Assembly (NCBI GenBank): GCA_963705105.1
Contig: CAVPIW010000010.1
Span: 64,001-128,000, forward strand
DNA: 64,000 nt
Direction of reading: 5' to 3'
DNA from: an uncultured Nitrospiraceae bacterium
Lineage (GTDB): Bacteria > Nitrospirota > Thermodesulfovibrionia > Thermodesulfovibrionales > Dissulfurispiraceae
Of the stretch, positions 43,996 through 54,734 are shown piece after piece (positions within the stretch are counted from its first letter, which is position 1; every line of letters begins with the position of its first letter). The notes below the pieces were generated by a model. It had not been told where the DNA came from, did no database searches, and saw only the letters and a list, made by a program, of their open reading frames with translations. The translations under genes were made by a program, and so were the position numbers.

Positions 43996-45225
43996 TCAAT
44001 GACTTAATCTCTCCACCAGGTCAGAGACCCTCTCGGAGGCGCTCCGGCCGGCAAAGAGGCCGGTTACGTGCCGCATCTGCTCCCTCAGACGCTCTCTGTA
44101 ACCCCTGTCGGATATGAGGCGCCTGAGTTCGGCGGTGATATTCTCACGGGTCACCTCGTGCTGGAACAGCTCCATGACGAAGGGTCCCCTGTCCTGCCCG
44201 AGGGAGCGGTCGATCAGATTGTTCACGAGGGAGAAGTGGCGCACCTTCACGATGAGCCTGCCCAGGAAGTGTGTGATGGGAGAGACGCGGTACACCACGA
44301 CCATCGGCACCCGGGCGATGGCCGCCTGGAGTGTCGACGTGCCGGATTTGACGACGGCATAGTCCGTCGCGAACAGGACCTGCAGCGGCTTCCCCTCGAT
44401 GACGCGCACGGAATCGGGCGGCAGGCCCATACCGGAGAGGGTCTTCCGGAGACGGTCGAGTTCCCCGTCCATGAGCGCCTTTGCTTCATGCGGCAGATCG
44501 GGCGACCGGGGGATGACGAAGATGAACCCGGGAGACGTCCGCGCCGTCCCGATGATGCTTTCGCACAGGACAGGGAGCAGTCTTTCCACTTCGTGCCTCC
44601 TGCTCCCCGGCATGACGGTCATCACGGGTCTGTCGGCGGCGATACCGAGTTCTCCCTTCATGGCGTTTTTCAGCTCATCCGACCCGAGCGCTTCGAGACC
44701 GAATCCCTTCAGGGTAAGGACGTCCCTCATCTCGTCCATGACGGGATGGCCGACGAATTCCGCGGGGATGCCCGCATCCCTGTACAACGCCTCTTCAAAG
44801 GGGAGGATGACCGCCATCATATCAATGAGGCTGCCGATCGTCCGGACCCGGCCCTTCCTCCACGCCCAGACCTGGGGGCTGACGTAATAGAGGATCCTGA
44901 TGCCGAGCTTCTTCGCCTCACGGGCCACCTTCATGTTGAAGTCGGGGTAATCGATGAGCACCAGCACCTGGGGGCGGAAGGTCGACAGGTATGCCCTCAC
45001 GCGGCCGAAGGTCTTCCGGAGCTCGCCGATACTCTTCATCACCTCGACGCCGCCGAATGCGCCGGCTATCCTTGACATGAGCTCGACGCCGGCGGCTTCC
45101 ATGCGGTAGCCGCCCACGCCGGTGATCCTGACGGACGGATGTCTCGCCCGGAGGGTCCTGGCGAGAAGGGCGCCGTAGAGTTCTCCGGAGCTCTCACCGG
45201 CGACGATCATCACCCTCTCAAGCAT
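43996..45225 (-). CDS. lpxB: Lipid-A-disaccharide synthase
   Basis: IVAGESSG, IDYPDFN, YYVSPQVWAWR, FVGHP, PGSR, KSGT. Confidence 0.95.
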   Translation of the reverse strand: MLERVMIVAGESSGELYGALLARTLRARHPSVRITGVGGYRMEAAGVELMSRIAGAFGGVEVMKSIGELRKTFGRVRAYLSTFRPQVLVLIDYPDFNMKVAREAKKLGIRILYYVSPQVWAWRKGRVRTIGSLIDMMAVILPFEEALYRDAGIPAEFVGHPVMDEMRDVLTLKGFGLEALGSDELKNAMKGELGIAADRPVMTVMPGSRRHEVERLLPVLCESIIGTARTSPGFIFVIPRSPDLPHEAKALMDGELDRLRKTLSGMGLPPDSVRVIEGKPLQVLFATDYAVVKSGTSTLQAAIARVPMVVVYRVSPITHFLGRLIVKVRHFSLVNNLIDRSLGQDRGPFVMELFQHEVTRENITAELRRLISDRGYRERLREQMRHVTGLFAGRSASERVSDLVERLSH

Positions 45226-46316
45226 GCATGCACGATATCCGAAATCCGCCCCATCTCGCTCTCCCCGATCTCGGGATAGATGGGGAGCGAGAGGACCTCC
45301 CGGGAGGCACGCTCCGTGACGGGAAAATCTCCTTCCCCGTTGCCGAGAAAGCGGAGTGCCTCCTGAAGATGGAGGGGCACGGGATAATAGACGACGGAGG
45401 GATAATCCCCCTCTTTGAGACAGTCGCGGATTGCGTCGCGCTTCGGGCTCCTGATGGTGTACTGGTGGTAGACGTGGACCGCTCCCTCTTTCTCGACGGG
45501 ACAGGTCACGACGTCGGACAGGAGCCGCGTATACAGCCCGGCCCGGCGGCGCCTCAACTCGTTGTACGCGTCGATCCTCTTCATCTTGACGAGAAGGATC
45601 CCCGCCTGCAGCTCGTCGAGGCGGCTGTTGAAACCGACGCAATCATGCAGATAGCCCCCTGCCGATCCGTGGTTCCGGAGTTTCCTGATCCGGTCCGCAA
45701 CGGCTTTGTCCCTGAGGACGATCATGCCCCCATCGCCGAAGGCGCCGAGGTTCTTGCTCGGATAGAAGCTGTAGCACCCGGCGTCGCCGAAGCTTCCCGT
45801 TTTCCGGCCCTGAAGGGATGCGCCGAAGGACTGGGCGCAGTCCTCGACCACCTTCAGTCCGTGTCGCCCGGCAATTTCCATAATGCGCTGCATGTCCGCG
45901 GGGTGGCCGTAAATGTGAACGGGGAGGATCGCCTTCGTCCTGGCGGTGATCTTCTCCTCGATGCGGTCCGGATCGATGTTCAATGTGTCAGGTTCGATGT
46001 CGACGAGCACCGGCGTCGCTCCCGTATAGAGGATCGCCTCGACTGTCGCAAAGAAAGTAAAGGGTGTGGTGATCACCTCGTCTCCCTTGCCGATGCCGAG
46101 AGAGAGCAGGGAGAGGTGGAGCGCGTCCGTTCCCGATGCCACGCCGATCGCGTCGGGCACACCGTGATAGGCGGCGACTTTCTCTTCCAGCTCACGGACC
46201 CGCCGGCCGAGGATATACTGGGAGCTTTCGAGAATCTCGCCGACGACGGCGAGGACCTCGTCCCGTATATCGAGGTACTGCGTTTTCAAGTCAAGCATCG
46301 GTTTCATGATCATCAA
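45210..46316 (-). CDS. gnnB: DegT/DnrJ PLP aminotransferase, probable GnnB
   Basis: SGTDAL, TPFTFFAT, EDCAQS, SFYPSKNLG, NSRLDELQA; directly upstream of lpxB. Confidence 0.8.
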   Translation of the reverse strand: MMIMKPMLDLKTQYLDIRDEVLAVVGEILESSQYILGRRVRELEEKVAAYHGVPDAIGVASGTDALHLSLLSLGIGKGDEVITTPFTFFATVEAILYTGATPVLVDIEPDTLNIDPDRIEEKITARTKAILPVHIYGHPADMQRIMEIAGRHGLKVVEDCAQSFGASLQGRKTGSFGDAGCYSFYPSKNLGAFGDGGMIVLRDKAVADRIRKLRNHGSAGGYLHDCVGFNSRLDELQAGILLVKMKRIDAYNELRRRRAGLYTRLLSDVVTCPVEKEGAVHVYHQYTIRSPKRDAIRDCLKEGDYPSVVYYPVPLHLQEALRFLGNGEGDFPVTERASREVLSLPIYPEIGESEMGRISDIVHACLRG

Positions 46317-46355
46317 TCCCTTTCTATCATAATAGTATCGATATGCTCATATATC

Positions 46356-46747
46356 ACCGGACCACACGTTGCCGTGTCTGTTGATGCCAGAAGCCCGTCA
46401 GGCAACAGGCGCTGAACAACCTGAGATGACATATTTCTTCATACGCCCGACCGAAAAGCGGGGTGAATGCGCCGAAAAGCATCGGTGCTGCGAAACCGCT
46501 GCCTTCCCGTGGAGAGCACGGAAGCACAGCTGTCGATGATACAAAGGATGAAATGTTTAAAATCCAATAATAAATAATCATGCTCGCTATCAGCGAGGCT
46601 TTGAGGCGCTTCGCCCCGCTTTCTGTGCATCTGCCAAAATGATCCTCATATCGCATTGGAAAGGCTTTGAACCATGTCTGCCTTCCCGGCATCAGCGTCG
46701 CATTCAGTAAGCCTTCGAAGCACTTCGCCCCGCTGTTCCTCTGCAAC
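46356..46747. repeat. Nested E2[E1] plus E1 right arm (E2 left end truncated)
   Basis: Near-identical to 9040-9432. Confidence 0.9.
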
Positions 46748-46755
46748 GGGACTGT

Positions 46756-47709
46756 CTAATCCCCGACGGCCGGGCAGAACGAGTATCCGCCCCTGATCCT
46801 CCTGCCGATCTCGAGTGCGATCTGCAGGGCGTTCCTTCCCTCGACGGCCGAGACGTCAGGCCTTCTTCTCTCAGTGATACATGCCACGAAATCCCGGAGC
46901 TCCTCCATCAGGGGTTCCCTCTTTTCGACGCCGACTGACTCCTCGACGATCCCGCCGTCCCGCTTGAAAAACCTCCTGATCTCCATGGCCTGGTAATCGA
47001 GAAGCAGGAGGGAGTCACGCTGGAAGACCCTCAGCTTCCGGGACTTCTCCGGTGAAAGCCTGCTTGCTGTCACGAGGGCCTGCACACCGTCGCCGAATTC
47101 GAGCCACGTCCTGGCGATGTCGATCGTCTCCGTGAGCACCGGCGAGCCCGTCGCCTTGATGTCGGCAACGGTGACGTTTCTTCCCGCCCGCGACAGGAGG
47201 GCGAGGACGATATCGATGTCGTGAATCATCAGGTCCAGGGTGATGTCGACGTCCGTTCCCCGACCGAGGAAGGGCGAGAGCCTCTCGGCCTCGATGAAGA
47301 CGGGCTCCCCGATGAGGGGATGAAGGGCGACGACGGCGGGGTTGAACCGCTCCAGGTGGCCCACCTGGACGATGACGCCCCTGTCGGCGGCGGTCCTGAT
47401 GATGTCCTCGGCCTCGTCGACAGTGCAGGTGATCGGCTTTTCGATCAGGATGTCCTTGCCCGCATCGATGCAGTCCCTTGCTATTCCATAGTGAAGCGTC
47501 GTCGGCGTCACGATGCTCAAGGCATCCACCCTGTCAATGATGTCCCTGTAGTCGGCGCAGTATGCGCAGCCGTATTTTCCCGCTATCTCCCGCGCCCTTT
47601 CGATGTCCGCGTCGACGACGAAACTGAGCTGTGCCCCGTCGAGCCCGGAGAAGATACGGGCATGGTGCTGACCGAGATACCCCACTCCGATGACCCCGAT
47701 GCGTTTCAC
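46756..47709 (-). CDS. gnnA: Gfo/Idh/MocA oxidoreductase, probable GnnA
   Basis: GVGYLGQHH, EKP, GHLERFNPA, DLMIHDID. Confidence 0.8.
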   Translation of the reverse strand: MKRIGVIGVGYLGQHHARIFSGLDGAQLSFVVDADIERAREIAGKYGCAYCADYRDIIDRVDALSIVTPTTLHYGIARDCIDAGKDILIEKPITCTVDEAEDIIRTAADRGVIVQVGHLERFNPAVVALHPLIGEPVFIEAERLSPFLGRGTDVDITLDLMIHDIDIVLALLSRAGRNVTVADIKATGSPVLTETIDIARTWLEFGDGVQALVTASRLSPEKSRKLRVFQRDSLLLLDYQAMEIRRFFKRDGGIVEESVGVEKREPLMEELRDFVACITERRRPDVSAVEGRNALQIALEIGRRIRGGYSFCPAVGD

Positions 47710-48347
47710 TGTTCCGCCTTCCGCTGTTCCAGCATTTTCAGAATTGTCTGCCTGACCGGAGGGAATCCCTGCCGGCGCAGTGCCTCGATCATCTCCTCCG
47801 ATGCAACGTCCCTGAAAAAACGTTGTCTTTCAGCCTGATCCGGCATTTCCCTTCTCACCCGTGCCCTGAGCGCGCCGAGGAAACGCACGAATTGTCCGAA
47901 ATCCCCGCCATACAGACCTTCAAGCTCTTTCCGGATCGTCCCGGCCAGAGCCGGACTGGCCCCTGACGTCGAAACGGCGATCCTCAAACCGCTCTTTTCA
48001 ATGGAGGACGGGACTATAAAATTCGCCTTCCCAGGCAGGTCGACGGTGTTCACAAGACAGGGGGCTTCAGAGGAAACACGCTCATTGACGTCCTTCCGGG
48101 ATGTGGCCGCGATGACGAGGAAGGCCTGCCGGAGATCTCCGCTCCTGTATTGTCTCCTTACATGGGTGATGGCGCCGCGCTCTTTCTTCTTCTCCAGGGC
48201 CGCCGTGAGGTCGGGACTGATGACGGTGACGTCTCCGCCCGCCCTGAGGAGCGATGATACTTTCCTTTCAGCGACTTTTCCGCCGCCGACGACGACGCAT
48301 TTTCTGCCTTCGATGTTCAGGAAGGCGGGATAATATCGGGGAATCAC
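47706..48347 (-). CDS. Precorrin-2 dehydrogenase/sirohydrochlorin ferrochelatase (CysG N-terminal/SirC)
   Basis: YYPAFL, VVGGGKVAERK, VNTVD, FIVPS, STSGASPAL. Confidence 0.9.
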   Translation of the reverse strand: MIPRYYPAFLNIEGRKCVVVGGGKVAERKVSSLLRAGGDVTVISPDLTAALEKKKERGAITHVRRQYRSGDLRQAFLVIAATSRKDVNERVSSEAPCLVNTVDLPGKANFIVPSSIEKSGLRIAVSTSGASPALAGTIRKELEGLYGGDFGQFVRFLGALRARVRREMPDQAERQRFFRDVASEEMIEALRRQGFPPVRQTILKMLEQRKAEQ

Positions 48348-48356
48348 AACGGGAGG

Positions 48357-49139
48357 CTACCTCGGAGACCCCTGCGTCCCGATGCCGGGCATGAGTTTCC
48401 GCGCCTGAGAGGCGAAGGAACTCGACGGATACCTGGTGACGAGACGTGTGAACGCGTCCCGGGCCTTCTCGTCGTTCTTCATGGCCCGGTATGAGCTGCC
48501 GAGGAGAAAAAGCGTCTCTTCCATCCTTTTGTACTCGGGAAATTTGTCGATGAGCCCCTCGAAACGGGAGATGGCGGATTCATACGATCCCTTCTTGTAG
48601 TAAAACTCTCCCGTCATGAATTCACCGTCTGCAATCACGGACCGCGCCTTTTCGATCCTGAGCTCCACGACTTCCCGATAGGGGTTCCGGGGATAGAGTT
48701 CCTTGAGGCGGATGAATTCCCTGAGTGCTCTCTGGGCGGCGCCCGAACCCCTGTCGGGCGACTCGATCTGACCGAAATATGCCGATGCTATCTGGTACTG
48801 CGCATAGGACGCATACTGGTTATCGGGATAGAGTTCGAGAAATCTGCGGTATTCCTGTATGCCGACCTCGGGCTCTCCCTCCCTCACAAAAGAGTCCGCT
48901 ATCCTGAGCTGGGCGACGGGAGAGAACTTCTTCGTCGTGTCCCTGTTCTTCACTTCCAGGAGCACCTTCCGGGCCTGTTCGTATTCCTTGTCATCGATGA
49001 GTTTTTCGGCCTTCGCAAGGCTCTTTTCAGGATCGAAGGCCTCCTCTTTCACGACTTCCTTGCCTCCGCATGAAAGCATGACGAGGGCCGTCAGGATCAC
49101 CGCGACGGCGGGAAGAAGTCGTTGCAGGGCCTTACCCAT
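48357..49139 (-). CDS. bamD: Outer membrane assembly lipoprotein BamD
   Basis: Lipobox LSC, TPR repeats, FLELYP..YA.Y, FYYKKG.Y.SAI.RF. Confidence 0.85.
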   Translation of the reverse strand: MGKALQRLLPAVAVILTALVMLSCGGKEVVKEEAFDPEKSLAKAEKLIDDKEYEQARKVLLEVKNRDTTKKFSPVAQLRIADSFVREGEPEVGIQEYRRFLELYPDNQYASYAQYQIASAYFGQIESPDRGSGAAQRALREFIRLKELYPRNPYREVVELRIEKARSVIADGEFMTGEFYYKKGSYESAISRFEGLIDKFPEYKRMEETLFLLGSSYRAMKNDEKARDAFTRLVTRYPSSSFASQARKLMPGIGTQGSPR

Positions 49140-49253
49140 AACAGTCTATTTAACCGCAAACAACGTCTTTAGTCAAGGTTTTTGACAGGACGGCGGATCT
49201 TGTACTAAACTGTTTGATTGATACCCTGACGTAGACGTACAAGGAGGGTTTTC

Positions 49254-50975
49254 GTGACAAAAGGTTTTGCATTTCTGGTCCTCGCCTGCTGCATTCTGTT
49301 TTCCTGCGCTTCCTTCGCCTACGGTCAGCAGCAACCCGGAGGCGGGGAGGAAACTCCCAGCCTGGTCGAAGAGCCGCTGAAGGCGCTGAAACAGGAGCTG
49401 CTCTCCTTTGTTCAGCCCATGTCCGGCCGTGTGCTCGCCGTCGAAGACGGAGCGGTCACCATCGACAAGGGGACGCTCGCGTCCGTCAAGCCCGGCATGA
49501 GATTCTCGGTCTTTAAGGAAGGGGTCAGTTTCATCCACCCCGTCACGAAGGAACCTCTCGGGAGGATCGAAATCCCCGTCGGCACGGTGGATGTGACGAC
49601 TGCAAACAGGGACGACTCCCGCGGCGTCATCGTCAAGGGAAAGCCCGAGGACTTCCAGGACGCAAAGGTGAAGATTTACGGCACGAGAATCAGGCTCTTC
49701 TTCTTCCAGTCGCAGACCGTTGACTGGGACGTGGGCGAGACCTATTACCAGATATTGAAGGAGAGCGGCCGCTTCGATCTCATCGATACAGGCATCGTGA
49801 CGGACGATATGGAAGGGATCATGAAAGAGGCCCGGGACAAGGGCGCGGAGATGATCATCATGCTCCGGGCTTCGGCTGCCGGCGATCAGATGAACCTCGC
49901 GCAGAGGCTCCTCTGGGCAGGCGACGCAAAACAGTTCTCCGACAAGGAGGTCTCCTTCCCGCTCACCGCGGTAAGGGAACTCAAATACAGGGCGGGGAGA
50001 CCCCTGATGAGGGAGGGGGAGATCCTGCTCATGTTCAGCCTTACATATGGGGCGAATCACCTTTCCGTCGGAGACCTCGACGGAGACGGGAACCCGGAAA
50101 TCATCCTCGTCTCGGGCAACGTCGTCCGCGCCTATGTGCCGGGGGTGGATCTCAAGCTCCTATGGGAATTCAATGTTTCCCGAACGGGAGATGTCCTCTG
50201 GATCGAGACGGCCGATATGAACGGCAACGGCCGGGACGAGGTCATCGTCACGCTCATGCAGGACGGCAGGATCGTCTCCTCCGTCCATGAACTCGGCGAT
50301 GGACGGTTTGTGGAACTCTGGAACAGGAAGGACCTCTTCCTGAGAAAGGTCGACCAGGGCCTGGTGGGTCAGCGTTTTAACCAGCGCGACGGGTACGACG
50401 GTGCCGTCTTCACCGTCTCGTACGAGAACGGGACCTTCAGGGAGGGAGACAGGATAAAGCTGCCGGCCGAAATCAATATCTATGATTACCAGCCCATTAT
50501 CTCGCCCGACGGCAGGAGGGGAACCCTGTCATGGGACGACAACGGATTTCTCCAGCTCCACAATGAGCGGGACGTCAGGGTCTGGATGAGCGCCGCCGAT
50601 TACGGGGGTTTCTCGACGACGTTCAAGAGGGAGTCTGTCGGCGGCATGGCGGAACGGGGGAAATGGGCTGTCAAGGACCGGCTCATGAAAAAGCAGGGCG
50701 AAGTGCTCGTTCCCAAGAAGACGCCCCTTGTCGGCATGGCAAAAGGCATCGGGTTCCGCAAATCGGAGATCAGGAGTCTCTGGTGGAACGGCCTGTCCGT
50801 CGATGAGCGCAGGCTCGTCGAGGACATCAGCGGAGAAATCCTCGATTACACGATCGTCGACGACAAAATCTACGTCCTCTCGAAGCCCCTCTTCGGGATC
50901 AAGGCGGGAAACATCCTCAAGGGAGAAAATCCCCTGGGGGTGATGATCTACGTCTTTTCTCTCAAGGGAAGATAG
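49254..50975 (+). CDS. Secreted FG-GAP/VCBS repeat protein
   Basis: Signal peptide; GDLDGDGNPEI and ADMNGNGRDEV motifs. Confidence 0.8.
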   Translation: MTKGFAFLVLACCILFSCASFAYGQQQPGGGEETPSLVEEPLKALKQELLSFVQPMSGRVLAVEDGAVTIDKGTLASVKPGMRFSVFKEGVSFIHPVTKEPLGRIEIPVGTVDVTTANRDDSRGVIVKGKPEDFQDAKVKIYGTRIRLFFFQSQTVDWDVGETYYQILKESGRFDLIDTGIVTDDMEGIMKEARDKGAEMIIMLRASAAGDQMNLAQRLLWAGDAKQFSDKEVSFPLTAVRELKYRAGRPLMREGEILLMFSLTYGANHLSVGDLDGDGNPEIILVSGNVVRAYVPGVDLKLLWEFNVSRTGDVLWIETADMNGNGRDEVIVTLMQDGRIVSSVHELGDGRFVELWNRKDLFLRKVDQGLVGQRFNQRDGYDGAVFTVSYENGTFREGDRIKLPAEINIYDYQPIISPDGRRGTLSWDDNGFLQLHNERDVRVWMSAADYGGFSTTFKRESVGGMAERGKWAVKDRLMKKQGEVLVPKKTPLVGMAKGIGFRKSEIRSLWWNGLSVDERRLVEDISGEILDYTIVDDKIYVLSKPLFGIKAGNILKGENPLGVMIYVFSLKGR

Positions 50976-50991
50976 CAAAGGGGAGCAGGCG

Positions 50992-51708
50992 ATGCAGAAG
51001 AGGACCATCCCCCCGCATATCGGCATCATCATGGACGGCAACGGCCGCTGGGCGGAAATGAGAGGGCTGCCGAGGTTCGAGGGCCACAAGAGGGGCGTCG
51101 AACGGGTCAGGGAGATCATCGAGGCCGCCAGCGGCATCGGTGTCAGGGTCCTTTCCCTCTATGCCTTCTCAATCGAGAACTGGATGAGGCCCGAGGATGA
51201 AGTGAACGTTATCATGGGTCTGCTCGAATCGACGCTCAAGGGTGAGTTCCTCAGCTTCATGAGCAACGGGATCCGGTTCAGGGCCATCGGCGACAGGGAG
51301 AGGCTGCCGGAAAATATCAGGGCGATCATCGAGCTCATCGAGGCGGAAACGAAGAACAATGACAGGCTGATCCTCCAGTGCGCGCTGAGCTACGGCGGCA
51401 GGGACGAGATCATCAGGGCCGTTAAAAAGTCCCTCGCAGCCGCTCCGGGGGGAGAGATCACCGAAGAAACCGTCACAGCTCACCTGGACACAGCGGGAAC
51501 GCCCGATCCCGACCTGATCATCAGGACGAGCGGTGAACAGCGGTTGAGCAACTTCCTTCTCTGGCAGTCTGCCTATGCGGAATTCTATTTCACGCCCACC
51601 CTCTGGCCCGATTTCACGAAAGAAGAGCTGCTGGAGGCCGTGCTCGAATACCAGATGAGGGATCGTCGATTCGGCAAGGTCGCCGACGGAGCCCTGAAAT
51701 GCACCTGA
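50992..51708 (+). CDS. uppS: Undecaprenyl diphosphate synthase
   Basis: HIGIIMDGNGRWA, YAFSIENW, SYGGRDEI, IRTSGEQRLSNFLLWQ. Confidence 0.97.
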   Translation: MQKRTIPPHIGIIMDGNGRWAEMRGLPRFEGHKRGVERVREIIEAASGIGVRVLSLYAFSIENWMRPEDEVNVIMGLLESTLKGEFLSFMSNGIRFRAIGDRERLPENIRAIIELIEAETKNNDRLILQCALSYGGRDEIIRAVKKSLAAAPGGEITEETVTAHLDTAGTPDPDLIIRTSGEQRLSNFLLWQSAYAEFYFTPTLWPDFTKEELLEAVLEYQMRDRRFGKVADGALKCT

Positions 51709-52511
51709 AGCGGCTCATTGTCGCCCTGATCGCCCTTCCCCTGCTTTACTTCCTCATCGTTCGCCTCGGTCCGGGCGCGTTCCTCGTCATCCTCACCATC
51801 GTCACGGCAGGGGCCCAGGCGGAATTTTACAGCATGTACAAAACAGCCCCTGCCCTCTCGGTGATCGGCATCATCGGAGGTGTGCTCATGATCACCTCTT
51901 CTTTTCTGATCGAGAGTCGGTTTGTCCCCGAGGCGGTCTCGGCAAATTTCCATCCCTCGGTGATTATGATGACCTTCCTGATCATGTCGACGGCGAGGCT
52001 CTTCCTCGTCAGGGACCCCTCCGCCTCTCTCCATGATATGGCGCCGGCCATCACGGGCTTCGTCTACATCCCCACCCTCCTGCTGCCGCAATGGCACCTG
52101 AGGCTGAACGGCTATGAGTGGATCCTTCTCCTGTACGGATCCGTCTGGGCCTCCGACAGCCTTGCCTATTACGTCGGCAAGGGGATGGGGAAAAGAAAGC
52201 TCTATGTCGAAGTGAGCCCGAACAAGACCGTCGAGGGCGCTTTCGGCTCCATCCTCGGCGGCGCCCTCTCCGCATTCATCCTCGGCAGACTCCTGTTCAG
52301 CGATATGAACGGCCTGCTCTTCGCATTCATCGGGCTGATGATCGGGGCGGTGACGATCGCAGGTGACCTCGTCGAGTCCATGTTCAAGCGCGATGCCGGC
52401 GTGAAGGATTCGGGCGTCCTCATCCCGGGGCACGGGGGGATCCTCGACAAGATCGACGGCGTCCTTTTCGCGGGACCGGTCCTCTATCTCATCACCCTCG
52501 CACTGACATGA
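51699..52511 (+). CDS. cdsA: Phosphatidate cytidylyltransferase
   Basis: SPNKTVEG, GDLVESMFKRDAGVKDSG, PGHGGILDKID. Confidence 0.95.
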   Translation: MHLKRLIVALIALPLLYFLIVRLGPGAFLVILTIVTAGAQAEFYSMYKTAPALSVIGIIGGVLMITSSFLIESRFVPEAVSANFHPSVIMMTFLIMSTARLFLVRDPSASLHDMAPAITGFVYIPTLLLPQWHLRLNGYEWILLLYGSVWASDSLAYYVGKGMGKRKLYVEVSPNKTVEGAFGSILGGALSAFILGRLLFSDMNGLLFAFIGLMIGAVTIAGDLVESMFKRDAGVKDSGVLIPGHGGILDKIDGVLFAGPVLYLITLALT

Positions 52512-53659
52512 AACGGCTCGTCATCCTCGGCTCGACAGGGTCGATCGGGAGGAGCGCTCTCGAAGTGGTGTCGCAATTTCCCGGCCTCTTTCAGGTGACG
52601 GGCCTGACGGCGGGCGGGAATGTCGCCCTCCTCAGGGAGCAGATCGGGCGGTTTCGTCCCGACGTCGTCGCCGTCAATGACGAGTCGTCCTGGCGGGACC
52701 TCAGGAAAAGCCTCGCCGGTCCGGGGGCGCCCGAGATACTCTGCGGCGCGGAAGGGATAACCACCGTCGCCGAACTGCCCGGAACGGATACGGTCCTGTC
52801 GGCGATCGTCGGCTCGGCAGGGCTTATCCCGACACTCGCCGCCGTGAGGAAAGGAAAGACCGTCGCCATCGCAAACAAGGAGACCCTCGTCATGGCAGGC
52901 TCCCTCGTCATGGCGGAGGTGAAAGCCTCAGGAGCGACCCTGCTCCCCGTCGACAGCGAACACAGCGCCATCTTCCAGTGCATAAACGGCCGGCGCGACT
53001 CCGTGAGGAAGATGATTCTCACCGCGTCGGGAGGGCCCTTTGCGGGACGGACACGGAAGGAGCTGCAGCATGTGTCTCCCGGCGAGGCCCTCAATCATCC
53101 GAACTGGAGCATGGGGAGGAAGATCACCATCGATTCCGCCACCCTCATGAACAAGGGCCTGGAGGTGATCGAAGCCCACCACCTCTTTGACATGCCCGCG
53201 CCGTCGATCGACGTCGTCATCCATCCCCAGAGCATCATCCACTCCATCGTCGAGTTCCATGACGGGAGCTATCTCGCCCAACTCTCCAGGCCGGACATGA
53301 AGGGACCGATCGCCATGGCCCTCGCCTATCCCGAAAGGCTCCGTTCCGTCATGGAGCCCCTCGACTGGGACAAACTCTCCCGCCTTACCTTCCGGAAGCC
53401 GGATACGGGGACTTTTCCCTGTCTCAACCTGGCCTATCGGGCCGTGGCATCGGGGGGGACCCTTCCGGCCGTCCTGAACGCCGCGAACGAGGTGGCCGTG
53501 CAGGCCTTTCTCGACGGGGTTATCGGTTTCAACGACATACCTGTTATAATAGAAAAAGTTATGAATTCTCATGACATTCAGTCTGCAGGCAGACTGGGGG
53601 ATATACTTGAAGCGGACCTTTGGGCGAGGTCGCAAGCGGGGGAGGCGGTGAAGCGATGA
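52508..53659 (+). CDS. dxr: 1-deoxy-D-xylulose-5-phosphate reductoisomerase
   Basis: LGSTGSIG, ANKETLV, PVDSEHSA, HPNWSMGRKITIDSATLMNKGLE. Confidence 0.97.
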   Translation: MKRLVILGSTGSIGRSALEVVSQFPGLFQVTGLTAGGNVALLREQIGRFRPDVVAVNDESSWRDLRKSLAGPGAPEILCGAEGITTVAELPGTDTVLSAIVGSAGLIPTLAAVRKGKTVAIANKETLVMAGSLVMAEVKASGATLLPVDSEHSAIFQCINGRRDSVRKMILTASGGPFAGRTRKELQHVSPGEALNHPNWSMGRKITIDSATLMNKGLEVIEAHHLFDMPAPSIDVVIHPQSIIHSIVEFHDGSYLAQLSRPDMKGPIAMALAYPERLRSVMEPLDWDKLSRLTFRKPDTGTFPCLNLAYRAVASGGTLPAVLNAANEVAVQAFLDGVIGFNDIPVIIEKVMNSHDIQSAGRLGDILEADLWARSQAGEAVKR

Positions 53660-54726
53660 CGTTTCTGTCGGCTATACTTCTTTTCGGGTTTCTCATCTTC
53701 ATCCACGAACTGGGGCACTTCATCTTCGCCAAGCTGAGCGGCGTCAGGGTCCTCAAATTTTCCCTCGGTTTCGGGCCCAAGGTCATCGGGAAAAAAATCG
53801 GCGAAACGGAGTATCTCCTGTCGGCGGTTCCCCTGGGCGGCTACGTGAAAATGCTCGGCGAGGAGACGGAGGATGAGGTGGACGACTACGACGAGAGCCG
53901 CTCCTACAAACATCAGCCCGTCCGAAAGAGGGCGCCGATCATTCTCGCCGGACCAATCTTCAACATCATGACGGCTGTCGTCATATTCTTCTTCCTTTTC
54001 CTGGGCGGCATCCCGGCCCTCCTGCCCGTCATCGGCGAGGTCATGCCCGACACCCCGGCCGGCAACGCGGGGCTCCAGAAGGGAGACCGGATCCTCGAAA
54101 TCGACGGGACAACTATAGCGCAGTGGACCGACATGACGGAGATCATCTACGCCAGCGCCCGGAAGCCCCTGACCATCAGGATCCAGCGGGCGGGGGAAGT
54201 CTTCACGAAGGAGATCGTGCCGGACAGCAAGATGGTGAAGGACATCTTCGGAGAGGAAAGGGAGGTGGGCCTCATCGGCGTGAAGCCCGCGGGCGATACC
54301 TTCGTCATCCGGGAAGGCCCCGTGAGCGCCCTGAAGAACGCCTTCGTCAAGACCTGGGACATCTGCGCCCTCACCCTCGTGGGCATCGTCAAGCTGATCC
54401 AGCGGATCATACCGGCCGACACGATCGGCGGACCCATTCTCATCTTCCAGCTTGCCGAGAAGCAGGCGACGGCGGGGGCCATGAATTTCTTCACCTTTGC
54501 CGCCGTCATCAGCATCAACCTCGGCATCCTGAACCTCCTGCCCATCCCGATCCTCGACGGCGGGCATCTCGTTCTCCTCGGCATCGAGGCGATCCGGAAG
54601 AAGCCCCTGAGCGAACGGGTCGTCCTCATCGCCCAGCGCATCGGCATGGCCCTCATCATCACCCTTATGGTCTTCGCCATGTACAACGACATCTTCAGGC
54701 TCATCACGGGAAAACCCCTTCCCTAG
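53656..54726 (+). CDS. rseP: RIP metalloprotease RseP
   Basis: HELGH, PLGGYVKM, PDZ domain, NLLPIPILDGG. Confidence 0.95.
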   Translation: MTFLSAILLFGFLIFIHELGHFIFAKLSGVRVLKFSLGFGPKVIGKKIGETEYLLSAVPLGGYVKMLGEETEDEVDDYDESRSYKHQPVRKRAPIILAGPIFNIMTAVVIFFFLFLGGIPALLPVIGEVMPDTPAGNAGLQKGDRILEIDGTTIAQWTDMTEIIYASARKPLTIRIQRAGEVFTKEIVPDSKMVKDIFGEEREVGLIGVKPAGDTFVIREGPVSALKNAFVKTWDICALTLVGIVKLIQRIIPADTIGGPILIFQLAEKQATAGAMNFFTFAAVISINLGILNLLPIPILDGGHLVLLGIEAIRKKPLSERVVLIAQRIGMALIITLMVFAMYNDIFRLITGKPLP

Positions 54727-54734
54727 GGCTTCTC

